In this document: positions 19,395-29,400 of the stretch, one piece after another
Position numbering within the stretch: position 1 is the first letter of the stretch
How the letters are laid out: every line of letters begins with the position of its first letter
Source: an uncultured Candidatus Saccharibacteria bacterium
GTDB taxonomy: Bacteria; Patescibacteriota; Minisyncoccia; Phycocordibacterales; PALSA-1337
Direction: 5' to 3'
NCBI GenBank assembly: GCA_964459225.1
Contig: CAYWKB010000001.1
Coordinates: 426,163 to 490,162 of the forward strand
DNA: 64,000 nucleotides
The notes under the pieces: generated by a model
What the model was told of the DNA's origin: nothing
The model's input: the letters and a program-made list of their open reading frames with translations, nothing else
Databases searched by the model: none
Program-made: the position numbers and the translations under genes

Positions 19395-19760
19395 TCATGC
19401 GGGTGTAATATTTTGACAGCAAAGTTCTTCGATGAGTTCGTGTGAACAAATCATCTTTGCTGTCGTTGGTAATGCAGTTAACAAAACACTCCAATGAAGA
19501 CAAACACAGGTCAGATGGGCATCAACCATGGTGCAACCCGCTCGGCAATCAGCGCGATTCAGCATAAAACGGATCCACTGGCAACGCATTCTCAGCATGG
19601 ATCTCCCGCGAAGCAGCAAGGAGCGCTCGGACATCAGCCTACCACGATCATCAATGGCCCGGTCACAGTCACCTAAGGGAATTTAGGCGGCACGACCAAA
19701 TCAGTATTGACCCCCTCCAAAACATTAGCAGACGCGAGTGTAAGGACGGGGGTCTTTTTT
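19395..19760 (+). ncRNA. Unclassified GC-rich structured RNA (about 350 nt) ending in an intrinsic terminator, directly upstream of the DHH phosphoesterase gene
   Basis: About 50% GC versus 30% background. Multiple long perfect stems: GACAGCAAAG...CTTTGCTGTC 10 bp with nested GATGA/TCATC; GGATCCA...TGGATCtCC; CCTAA-GGGAAT-TTAGG. Terminal GACCCCCTCC...GGACGGGGGTC hairpin plus TTTTTT at 19709-19760. ORFs on both strands are non-protein-like. No tRNA-like T-arm, so not tmRNA. Confidence 0.45.
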
Positions 19761-20768
19761 ATGCTAATATATATAAATATGATAATCACAGACGAAATTT
19801 TAGGCGCTTTAAATAATTCCAAAAACATTTTATTACATTGCCACCCTAGTCCAGATCCTGATAGTGTTGGTTCGGTTTTGGCAACTAAATTTGCATTAGA
19901 AAAAATGGGTAAAAATGTCACTGCTATATCAGGAGACAGTGATATTCCAGAAGAATTTGTTTTTCCAGGAGTTCAGACAATTATTAAAAAAACTTTTCAT
20001 GAAATTGATTTAAATAATTTTGATACATTTGTAATCCTTGATAGTGGATCAAAGGAAATGATTACAAGAAAAGTTGAAGTTATTTTCCCTGAACATTTAA
20101 ATACTATTGTCATCGATCATCATAGGAGTAATACTGGATATGGAAAAATGAATATCGTAAAACCACAATATCCATCAACCGCACAGCTTTTATATGATAT
20201 TTTTACTGAATTAAAAATCGAAATTGATAAAAATATTGCATTAAACTTATTTATGGGAATGTATACTGATACTGGTGGTTTTAGATATGAAAATACAAAT
20301 TCAGATTCATTTAAGATAGCAGGTAAATTAGTTGAGATAGTACCTGAATATTCAAAAACCATTTCGATAATGGAAAATAGTAAAGACAAAGAGACGTTAA
20401 TATTTGAAGGAATTGCGATTTCAAATGCAAAATCATTTTATAATGATATCCTTGTTATATCTATTGTAAGTAATGACGAACTTATTAAAAACAATATTAA
20501 GACAAAAGATATAAGTACTTCTTATATTTCATCAAAATTAAAATCAATTAAAACCACAATGATTTCTGCAACAATTGTTGAAGAAGAGATTGGTGTATGT
20601 AAATTAAGTTTTAGAACAAAAGATGCTTCAAAATACGATGTCTCAAAAATAGCAGTCTCGTTAGGTGGTGGCGGTCATATTGCAGCTTCTGGTGCCATAC
20701 TTATGATGGACACACAAAAAGCACAAGATATAGTGGTACAAAAAGTAAAAGAAATATATAATCTATAA
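19761..20768 (+). CDS. DHH/DHHA1-family phosphoesterase (NrnA-like nanoRNase / pAp or c-di-AMP-type phosphodiesterase family)
   Basis: ILLHCHPSPDPDSVGS, DHHRSN (DHH motif) and C-terminal GGGGHIAASG (DHHA1). Start placed at ATG 19761/19779, after the upstream terminator. Confidence 0.75.
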   Translation: MLIYINMIITDEILGALNNSKNILLHCHPSPDPDSVGSVLATKFALEKMGKNVTAISGDSDIPEEFVFPGVQTIIKKTFHEIDLNNFDTFVILDSGSKEMITRKVEVIFPEHLNTIVIDHHRSNTGYGKMNIVKPQYPSTAQLLYDIFTELKIEIDKNIALNLFMGMYTDTGGFRYENTNSDSFKIAGKLVEIVPEYSKTISIMENSKDKETLIFEGIAISNAKSFYNDILVISIVSNDELIKNNIKTKDISTSYISSKLKSIKTTMISATIVEEEIGVCKLSFRTKDASKYDVSKIAVSLGGGGHIAASGAILMMDTQKAQDIVVQKVKEIYNL

Positions 20769-20770
20769 TT

Positions 20771-21433
20771 ATGAATAAAACAGTATATATAATTGTCGCA
20801 GCATTAATAGTTTTGGAATTGATTTATATAGTTAGACCAAATAATAAGATTAATATTACTGTTAATAATTACAGTACAGATGTAGTAGCGACAAGTACAG
20901 AGGATATTGTTAAGGAGGAGGATAATAAAGCAATTAATAATAATTTAAATAAAAATTTCATGCATACAATCTCAATTGAGACAAATAAGGGTACAATAGT
21001 TTTTGAAACATATGATAATGATGCGCCAAAGACTGTGGACAATTTTATAACTTTAGCTAAAAAGGGTTATTATAATGGAATAATTTTCCATAGAGTAATT
21101 AAAAACTTTATGATTCAAGGCGGTGATCCAACAGGTACAGGAACAGGTGGCCCAGGGTATAAGTTTGAGGATGAACTAAATCCAAATACCGAATCATATA
21201 AAATCGGATACAAGAGAGGTGTTGTGGCAATGGCAAATGCAGGACCTAATACAAATGGAAGTCAATTTTTCATAATGCATAAAGATACACCATTACCAAA
21301 TGCATATTCTATTTTTGGTCGTGTTGTTTCAGGTATGGAAGTTGTTGATGCAATTGCTGAATCAAAAGTTGATGCAAGTGATAAGCCTATTGAAGCGGTA
21401 ATAATGAAAAACGTTAGTGTCTCAGAAAAATAG
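20771..21433 (+). CDS. Cyclophilin-type peptidyl-prolyl cis-trans isomerase with N-terminal signal/anchor
   Basis: FHRVIKNFMIQGGDPTGTGTGGPGYKFEDE and SQFFI cyclophilin motifs. Confidence 0.85.
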   Translation: MNKTVYIIVAALIVLELIYIVRPNNKINITVNNYSTDVVATSTEDIVKEEDNKAINNNLNKNFMHTISIETNKGTIVFETYDNDAPKTVDNFITLAKKGYYNGIIFHRVIKNFMIQGGDPTGTGTGGPGYKFEDELNPNTESYKIGYKRGVVAMANAGPNTNGSQFFIMHKDTPLPNAYSIFGRVVSGMEVVDAIAESKVDASDKPIEAVIMKNVSVSEK

Positions 21434-22262
21434 CAAATACAATTCAGTTTGGATATCGCACTCATCTATTGGGGATTTTTTGAAATGTCATAAGGCATAT
21501 TATCTTAAAAATATATATAAAAATCCTAAGACTGGAAGAAAAATAGGTATTGTTAATCCTGCACTTTCACTTGGTTCATCTGTTCATGAAGTTGTTGAAG
21601 GGTTGGCAAATTATAAAGCAGAAGAAAGATCAAATGTCCCAATAATTGATCAATTCGAAAATGTATGGAAAAAGTTCGAAGGATTAAAAGGTGGATTTAA
21701 AGATAAAGCTGAAGAGGAAGCTGTAAAGCAAAGAGGTTTAGAAATGATTAAAAGAGTTAAGGATAATATATCTCCATTACTTAATAAAACAGTTAAGCTC
21801 AAAGAAAGTGCAAATGGTATGCCACCTAATTTCTATTTATCTGAAAGCGATAATATTATTTTATGCGGGAAAATAGATTGGTTAATATGGAAACCAGAGG
21901 ACGACAGTATACATATTTTAGATTTCAAAACAGGCAAAAATGAAGAAAATGATGATTCATTACAATTACCAATTTATCAATTATTATTAGATAAATTACA
22001 AAAAAGAAAGGTTACAGGAGCAAGTTATTGGTATTTAGACAAAGACGATACACCAAGACAAAAATCATTACCAGATATAGCTGAATCTTATGAAAAGGTT
22101 TTAAGTATAGGTAAACAAGTTAAAGAAATAAGAGAAAAAGGTGAGTTTGTATGCAAAAATGGTGATGAAGGATGCTTTGCATGTAGACCGCTACTTAAGG
22201 TTATAAATGGAGAAGCGCAATATGTTGGAGTTGGTGAATGGCAAGACTTGTATATGGTTTAA
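21417..22262 (+). CDS. PD-(D/E)XK nuclease-superfamily protein with C-terminal Cys cluster
   Basis: IDWLIWKPEDDSIHILDFKTGK (D...D/E-x-K core) and C-terminal CKNGDEGCFACRP. Overlaps the cyclophilin gene by 17 nt. Confidence 0.5.
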   Translation: MSQKNSKYNSVWISHSSIGDFLKCHKAYYLKNIYKNPKTGRKIGIVNPALSLGSSVHEVVEGLANYKAEERSNVPIIDQFENVWKKFEGLKGGFKDKAEEEAVKQRGLEMIKRVKDNISPLLNKTVKLKESANGMPPNFYLSESDNIILCGKIDWLIWKPEDDSIHILDFKTGKNEENDDSLQLPIYQLLLDKLQKRKVTGASYWYLDKDDTPRQKSLPDIAESYEKVLSIGKQVKEIREKGEFVCKNGDEGCFACRPLLKVINGEAQYVGVGEWQDLYMV

Positions 22263-22292
22263 TAGTAATGGTATAATTTATTTATAAACAAA

Positions 22293-23333
22293 ATGGAAAG
22301 TAGAACACAGTATTATTTTTTCATATGTATACTTGTTGCAGTCTTTGTACTGACTCTATTTATCTTTTATCCCTATTTAACATCTTTACTATTAGCTGTA
22401 GTTTGTTCTGTAATATTTAGACCATTACATAGATGGGTTTCAAGAATATTTTCAAATAAAAATCAACAAAGTACAGTTTCTACATTTATTACACTTATGA
22501 TAGTTGCGGTGCTTGTCATTACACCACTAATCTTCCTAGCAAAGCAAATATATGTTGAAAGTGAAAACCTCTATTACAGTTTAACTGATGAAAGTACAAG
22601 GTCTGATCTTATTGTTACATTAAATAATCTTTCAGATTCATTATCATCACATTTATTTAACGTTTTTCCGGCATATAATTTTGATTCAATAAATATAACT
22701 ACTTATGTACAAAATTTCCTTGAATGGTCATTTGCAAATCTAGATACGATATTTTCAAGCTTTTCGAAATTTGCTATACAGATATTTATAATGCTTTTTG
22801 CATTGTTCTATCTACTTAGAGATGGCGTAAAGTTAAAACAAGGAATTATTTCTCTTAGTCCGTTGAACGATAATTATGATGAGAGGATTTTTTCAAAACT
22901 AAAGCAGGCAATAAGATCAGTTGTTTCTGGATCACTAATTGTTAGTGTTATACAGGGTATATTGACCGGAATAGGATTTTATATTTTTGGGGTTCCAAAT
23001 CCAGCATTATGGGGAAGCTTTGCGGTAGTTGCAGCACTTATTCCAGGTATTGGTACCTCACTTGTTTTGATTCCTGGAATACTTTATCTATTTTTTACCG
23101 CTACAAATCTACACGCAATTGGTTTATTGGTATGGGGAGTTCTTGCTGTCGGACTTATAGATAATTATGTTGGACCAATGCTTGTAAACAGAGGGGTTAA
23201 TATTCATCCATTCCTAATACTACTTTCAGTTATCGGTGGATTAGCATTTTTTGGTCCAATAGGCTTTATTGCTGGACCACTTGTAGTTGCATTACTTTTC
23301 GCTTTACTTGAAATTTACAAGTACAACAGATAG
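22293..23333 (+). CDS. AI-2E family transporter (UPF0118/PerM-like)
   Basis: 8 TM helices with the characteristic central and C-terminal segments (LFALFYLLRDG, GPIGFIAGPLVVA). Confidence 0.7.
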   Translation: MESRTQYYFFICILVAVFVLTLFIFYPYLTSLLLAVVCSVIFRPLHRWVSRIFSNKNQQSTVSTFITLMIVAVLVITPLIFLAKQIYVESENLYYSLTDESTRSDLIVTLNNLSDSLSSHLFNVFPAYNFDSINITTYVQNFLEWSFANLDTIFSSFSKFAIQIFIMLFALFYLLRDGVKLKQGIISLSPLNDNYDERIFSKLKQAIRSVVSGSLIVSVIQGILTGIGFYIFGVPNPALWGSFAVVAALIPGIGTSLVLIPGILYLFFTATNLHAIGLLVWGVLAVGLIDNYVGPMLVNRGVNIHPFLILLSVIGGLAFFGPIGFIAGPLVVALLFALLEIYKYNR

Positions 23334-23361
23334 TGATAGAGTGACATTATAATAACTATTT

Positions 23362-24342
23362 ATGGCATTTATTGATGATTTAACAATACATATTAAGGCT
23401 GGCAATGGCGGTGCTGGTGTGGTGCGATGGCGTCATGAAAGAGGCAGGGAAATGGCCGGAGCCGCAGGAGGAAATGGTGGTAAAGGTGGAGATGTATATG
23501 TACATGCCATACGTGATCTTGGAATACTTGAAAAATATAGAAATGTTAAAGAATTAGAATCTCAAAAAGGAGAGGATGGAATGAGAAATAGCATGCACGG
23601 TAAAAATGGTGATGACTTGTATATTGACCTACCTATCGGTTCGCTTATTACAGATGAAAGGACAAAGAGACAATACAATCTATTGCATGAAGGTGAAAAA
23701 ATAATGATATTAAAAGGTGGTCGTGGAGGATTGGGTAATGAGCACTTCAAGGCTTCTACAAATGTCACACCAACCGAATCAACACCAGGAAGAGAGGGTG
23801 AAGAAGCAGATTTCCATATTGAACTCGAACTCGTAGCTGATGCAGGACTTGTTGGGTTACCGAATGCTGGTAAATCAAGTTTATTAAATGCTCTAACAAA
23901 TGCTGATGCAAAAGTCGGTAATTATCAATTCACAACACTTGAGCCAAATCTCGGAGCATTAAAAGGTGGATTTATTCTTGCTGATATCCCAGGACTTATT
24001 GAAGGTGCATCAGAGGGTAAGGGGCTTGGACATAAATTTTTAAGGCATATCAAAAGAACAAATAGAATTTTGCATATCATTTCTCTTGAAAATACTGCAT
24101 TAATTGATACATACAAAACGATAAGAGAAGAATTAGAAAAATACGGTCAAGGATTAATTGATAAAAAGGAAACTATAATACTAACAAAGACAGATGTAAC
24201 TGACGAAAAAGGTATAGAGTCAGCAATCAAAAAAATTCAGAAATACAATAAAGATATTTTAACTGTAACGGTTTTGGACGATAAATCAGTAAAGGAATTA
24301 TCAGATGAAATAGTAAAAAGACTTAGAGAGGATGTGATATAA
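23362..24342 (+). CDS. obg: GTPase Obg/CgtA
   Basis: Gly-rich Obg fold (IKAGNGGAGVVRWRHE...GGNGGKGGDVY), G1 GLPNAGKSSLLN, G3 DIPGLIEGA. Confidence 0.9.
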   Translation: MAFIDDLTIHIKAGNGGAGVVRWRHERGREMAGAAGGNGGKGGDVYVHAIRDLGILEKYRNVKELESQKGEDGMRNSMHGKNGDDLYIDLPIGSLITDERTKRQYNLLHEGEKIMILKGGRGGLGNEHFKASTNVTPTESTPGREGEEADFHIELELVADAGLVGLPNAGKSSLLNALTNADAKVGNYQFTTLEPNLGALKGGFILADIPGLIEGASEGKGLGHKFLRHIKRTNRILHIISLENTALIDTYKTIREELEKYGQGLIDKKETIILTKTDVTDEKGIESAIKKIQKYNKDILTVTVLDDKSVKELSDEIVKRLREDVI

Positions 24343-24351
24343 TTTCCACAT

Positions 24352-25803
24352 ATGAAGGATTACATTGCTACAATAGGACTAGAAATTCATGCAGAATTAA
24401 GGACAAATTCAAAAATGTTTTGTGCTTGTAAAAATGATCCCGATGAAGAAAGTCCAAATAAAAACATTTGCCCAGTATGCATGGGTCATCCTGGAACAAT
24501 ACCAGTATTAAATAAGGAGGCAATTAGACATGTACTAAAAATAGGTCACTCTGTTAATGGAAATATTGCAGATTTTACAGAATGGGATAGGAAAAACTAT
24601 TTTTATCCAGATATTCCAAAAGGATATCAGATTAGTCAGTACAAGTATCCGCTTGTCTCAGGTGGAGTATTAGCGGGCGTTTCAATCACAAGAATTCATC
24701 TTGAAGAAGATACAGCCCAGTCAACTCATGATATTCATGAAAAAAGTCTAGTAAATTTCAATAGATCAAGTGTTCCACTTATGGAATTAGTTACCGAACC
24801 TGTTATACATGATGCAGAGACAGCAGTTAGATTTGCTAAGGAATTACAATTACTACTTAGATATGTTAAAGCTGGAAATGCTAATTTAGAAAAAGGTGAA
24901 ATGAGGGTAGAAGCAAATATATCTGTTGCAAGTAAGGAAGATACAGATGCAAAGAAATTTGGTACAAAGACAGAAGTTAAAAATTTGAATTCATTTAAAT
25001 CTGTTGAAAAAGCAATTCAATTTGAAATTGCTAGACAAATAAAGCTTTTAAATGAAGGAGGTAAAGTTGTACAGGAAACAAGAGGTTGGGATGAAAATTC
25101 ACAAACTACATATTCACAAAGATTAAAGGAAAGTTCACATGACTACAGATATTTCCCAGATCCTGATATACCAAAATTAAAGATTTCTAATATTAAGGAA
25201 TTTGATAGGGAATCACTACTTAAAGATATCGGTGAATTACCATGGAATAAGAGGGAAAGATTCCTGAAGTCATTTGGTATGACTGACAAAGAAGTATCTA
25301 TTTTTATTGATTCACCAGAAATTGCAAAATATTTTGAAGATACAATTGAATCATATAAAGATAATAGTAAGATGGTTAAATTGACCATTAACTATATTCT
25401 TTCAGATTATCTATCACTCGTTAATAAAGGAGATAATAGTATTAATACAATAAGCACAAAATCATTTGCTCAATTAATATCACTTATCGGTAACGGAACA
25501 TTATCATCTCGCGGAGCAAAAGACACTTTGGCTATTATGTTTAAGGATGGTATTTCTGGCAATTCAAATACAGACGCATTAAAAATTGCAGAGGAAAATA
25601 ATTTGATTCAGAAAAGTGATGAAGGTGAAATTAGAAAAATAGTTTCAGAAATAATATTAAATAATTCAAAGACAGTTGAAGAATATAAATCAGGTAAAAC
25701 AGCAGTGCTACAGTTTATGATAGGACAGGGAATGAAAGCAACTAAAGGTTCTGCAAATCCAGAAATACTTAAAAATATTTTTATTGAATTACTTTCAAAA
25801 TAG
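24352..25803 (+). CDS. gatB: Asp/Glu-tRNA amidotransferase subunit B
   Basis: IGLEIHAEL, CACKNDP...CPVCMGHPGT zinc motif, C-terminal YqeY-like tail. Confidence 0.9.
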   Translation: MKDYIATIGLEIHAELRTNSKMFCACKNDPDEESPNKNICPVCMGHPGTIPVLNKEAIRHVLKIGHSVNGNIADFTEWDRKNYFYPDIPKGYQISQYKYPLVSGGVLAGVSITRIHLEEDTAQSTHDIHEKSLVNFNRSSVPLMELVTEPVIHDAETAVRFAKELQLLLRYVKAGNANLEKGEMRVEANISVASKEDTDAKKFGTKTEVKNLNSFKSVEKAIQFEIARQIKLLNEGGKVVQETRGWDENSQTTYSQRLKESSHDYRYFPDPDIPKLKISNIKEFDRESLLKDIGELPWNKRERFLKSFGMTDKEVSIFIDSPEIAKYFEDTIESYKDNSKMVKLTINYILSDYLSLVNKGDNSINTISTKSFAQLISLIGNGTLSSRGAKDTLAIMFKDGISGNSNTDALKIAEENNLIQKSDEGEIRKIVSEIILNNSKTVEEYKSGKTAVLQFMIGQGMKATKGSANPEILKNIFIELLSK

Positions 25804-25842
25804 TCTCGGTATAGTCACTTACCTATATCTTGTAGACTTTCA

Positions 25843-26082
25843 CTAATCATTCAAATGCTTTACGCTGAGCTTTTTCTTTTTATCTCTATTCCTACTTACA
25901 ATTATACTTCTACCCATTTCCTCAATTAGTTTATTTACATCATCAATATCATATACTCGATAGTTACTTATGGGGTGTCTACCAGCAGGAAACTTACCAG
26001 TATTGTCCCAATTTCTAAGAGTTAATTCTGTAACCCCAATCATCTCTGATGCTTTTTTGATTGTTATATACTTTTTTTCCAT
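25843..26082 (-). CDS. Excisionase/AlpA-family (MerR-type HTH_17) DNA-binding protein
   Basis: ITIKKASEMIGVTELTLRNWDNTGKFPAGRHPISNYRVYDIDDV fits the excisionase-family HTH; basic C-terminal tail. Confidence 0.6.
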   Translation of the reverse strand: MEKKYITIKKASEMIGVTELTLRNWDNTGKFPAGRHPISNYRVYDIDDVNKLIEEMGRSIIVSRNRDKKKKLSVKHLND

Positions 26083-26462
26083 ACATTAATAAACCCTTAT
26101 ATTTATTAATATATATTATAACATTTATATTAAGCTTTAATATAGTTTACAAATAAATATTATTGTATTTAAAATTGAACTTTATTTACTAAATTTTTTG
26201 TATTTTTAAAATTTTTGTCAATGTAATTTAAAGATTTAGATTTCTTTATCCTTATCTAATGCACATAATTAGAAGCCACTTAGAATTTACAAAATAAAAA
26301 GAGAGGAATAAATTTCCTCTAAAATGGAGTGTGTAAGTAATAAGATAATTATAACTCAATCAAATAATTTAGCAAGCAAAATTAAGCAAAATATCAGTAC
26401 TTATCCACATTAAAAAATAATTTTTAATACGAGTATGAAGTATAATTATATGGAATAACTTT

Positions 26463-29400
26463 ATGCCCAAGGATGTTAAAAATTTTTCATTCCTTAAAAG
26501 TGTTAGTGGTTTTTTAACTACTAATAAGTTTTTTCTTTATTCTATGTATGTTACTGGTTTCATTTTTATCTCTGCATCAGTAATACCATTTGATAAAATT
26601 TCTATTGGTGATCCATTTAGTTTAAAACCAATTTCTAATTCAATTTCATCTGCATTTGAAAGCATAGGAAATTTTGGATCTGATGTACTTGCATCTGTTG
26701 AAAGTTTTGGAGATGGTATATTTGGTTTTGAAAGCTCAAGTGGGTCAGATCAAAATACTGCATCAATACTAGATTCAATTAAAAGTTTTTTTGGATTCAA
26801 TAAAGATGAAACAATACCCGTAAAAATTACTGATGACACAACAGAATCAAATTTAAATTCATCACCAGCTCTTGATATTCCAAATGTAAATAAAACATAT
26901 TCAAAAAATGATACTATCGAACAGAATACTTCATCTAATAATGTTAACAACTCTATTGTTAATGAATCACCGGTTGTAACACCAAGTAATATTGTTGGTG
27001 CAAAACCTCAAACAGTTGTTCAAAATATTTATAATTCATATCCACAAACAATTGTTAGAGAGACAATTAATACAAATACTCTAGTTCAAAAGGAAAGCTT
27101 TGATGGTCAGGTTGAAACTGTTTATAATTCTATTTCAAATAGCTTGGATGCAATTTCTGCTAATAATTTTGAATTTAGCGAAGATTTAAGTGTGCTGGGT
27201 GATTTACATGCCAATTCAAATATTATAGGCGCTGGCTCAATTACTGGAACTTATTTTGAGGCCTCATCGGCTGAGGCAACGAGTACATTTAATGGATCAT
27301 TTAATGTTGCTGACTCAAGTCTGTTTGTTAATGCAAATACCGGTTATGTTGGTATTGGAACATCAAGCCCATCAAGCAAGTTGTCAGTAAATGGTGATAT
27401 GTTTATAAATAGTGCTATTCAATTTGAGGATTCAACACCATCAGATACGTCAGGTAAACTTTATGCTAATTCTTCAAGTTTATATTGGTCAGGAAATCTT
27501 ATTGCAGGTGCTTCTGCTGGTAACTGGACTACAGATGGCACAAATGCTTGGCGTGCAACTGGTAATATTGGAGTTGGTACATCAACACCATGGGCTAAAC
27601 TCTCAGTTAATCCAAATGGTATTACAGGTCCATCATTTGTAATTGGTTCATCAACAGCAACAAATTTTATAGTGACAAATGGAGGAAATGTTGGTGTTGG
27701 TACAGCGAACCCATCAGCCAAATTGCATGTTTATGGTAGTGGTGATGTCGGTGCAATAATTGAATCAAGTTCAGCTACAAATGATGCCCAGTTATCATTA
27801 AGAAATGGTGATGGTACAGCAAATGTACATTTAAATGATGATGGTAAATTTTATTTATGGAATAATATCGCAAATAGCGATTTAATACTCAGGGTAAATA
27901 ATGGAAGTAATATAGATGCATTAACAGTTGCTGGTACAAGTGGTTATGTTGGTATTGGTACAGGTACTCCACAATATAAATTAGATATTCTCGGTGACAT
28001 GAATATTACTACCGGTATATTTACATTACAAAATTCTACATCATCTCTTGTTACGTCAAATCAATTCCCGTCAATATATGCTAGTCAAAACTCAGGATCT
28101 AGTTACCCATTCTTAACTAGTGGTAATCTAATACTGCAATCAAGAGCTTTGGGAGCAAGTAGAGATATCGTTTTTGTTGGAAGTACAACACCAACAGTAC
28201 AGATGATTATACAAGGTTCTAGTGGTAATGTAGGAATTGGTACAACTAATCCAAGTTATAAACTCGATATCGTTTCTGACGGTAGTAATAATGCAAATAA
28301 TACAACTACAGGCGGTTCATTTGGTTCAGGTAGAATTGCAGATAATCAGTCTCTGGTAATTAGACATAAAACAGATAAGGGAATTAGTGGAGCAACATTC
28401 CCAACACAAATTATTCAGAATTCAACTCAGTCTAATTCACTTGAGCTATATTCAACTGGGTCGACACCAATTGTCTTCGGTACACAATCACTTGAGAGAT
28501 TAAGAGTTAATTCTGCGGGCGATATTTCAGTTGGAAGTTCTACTACATACGGTAATTTTTCTGTAAATGCCTTACGCTACACTATAGACAGGCATGCATT
28601 TGAGGATTGGTCACTTTTAAATACAACAGATACAAATCTTGGTTATTCGTCTTTTGATGCAAAGTCAACAATGACAAATTCACAAGACCAAAACCATATG
28701 GTCGCATATCAGGCACGTAACATATATAATGGTAGTGCTAATTTAACTGACAGATTTGTCGGTTTCCATTCATTCCCAACAACTAGTGGTTCAGGAAATA
28801 TTACTAATGTTTATGGGGTTAAAATCGATGATATGACTGGTGCTGGCACAGTTACAAATAATTATGGTTTGTATATTGGTAATACAGTAAAGGGTACAAG
28901 TAATAACTACTCAATATATTCAAATGGAGGAACAAGTTATTTTGCTGGAAATGTTGGAATAGGTACGACTTCACCGAATGCAAAATTACAAGTTCTGGAT
29001 TCAACAAATGTTTCAACATTCACAGGCGTTCAAAATCAAGGATTAGCTATTAATGGAGGCGCAGTGAGTGCTTCAGGAAATTATAGTTTGCTTGGTTTTA
29101 GAACTTCTGATTCTGGTTATACCGGAAAAAATGTTGCTCAAATTGGTGCTAAATTAACATCATCAGGAAGTTACTTACAATTCGGTACAAGTAATTTGTT
29201 TTCAAGTGGAATCACAAATACAGCAATGACAATTGATTATTCTGGTAATGTGGGTATTGGTACAACAACTCCAAGCAGTATGCTGCATCTTTACGGATCT
29301 ACTGCTGGAACATCAACTCTTGAAATTGAGAGAAACATGACCGCTGGTCAAGGTGAGTCAAGAATACATTATCGTAATGCTTTGCATGATGTGTATTCAA

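Noticed and set aside
19395-19676. ORF-track CDSs inside the second GC-rich island (19395..19634 -, 19494..19676 +)
   Set aside because: Same reasoning: Cys/Arg/His-rich nonsense-like translations overlapping nested stems. Both strands open simultaneously, as expected for GC-rich non-coding RNA.
12987-19760. tmRNA (ssrA) as the identity of either GC-rich island
   Set aside because: Neither island on either strand contains a tRNA-like T-arm (GGTTCGAnTCC-type) or a GGGG...CCA acceptor pairing, which are universal in tmRNA.
26400-26412. Perfect DnaA-box 9-mer TTATCCACA in the 380-bp AT-rich region upstream of the giant gene (possible oriC)
   Set aside because: Only one consensus box (plus one 2-mismatch box) was found. 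There is no dnaA/dnaN nearby, and a single 9-mer match is expected by chance roughly once per 128 kb of two-strand sequence. A promoter/regulatory region is the simpler reading.
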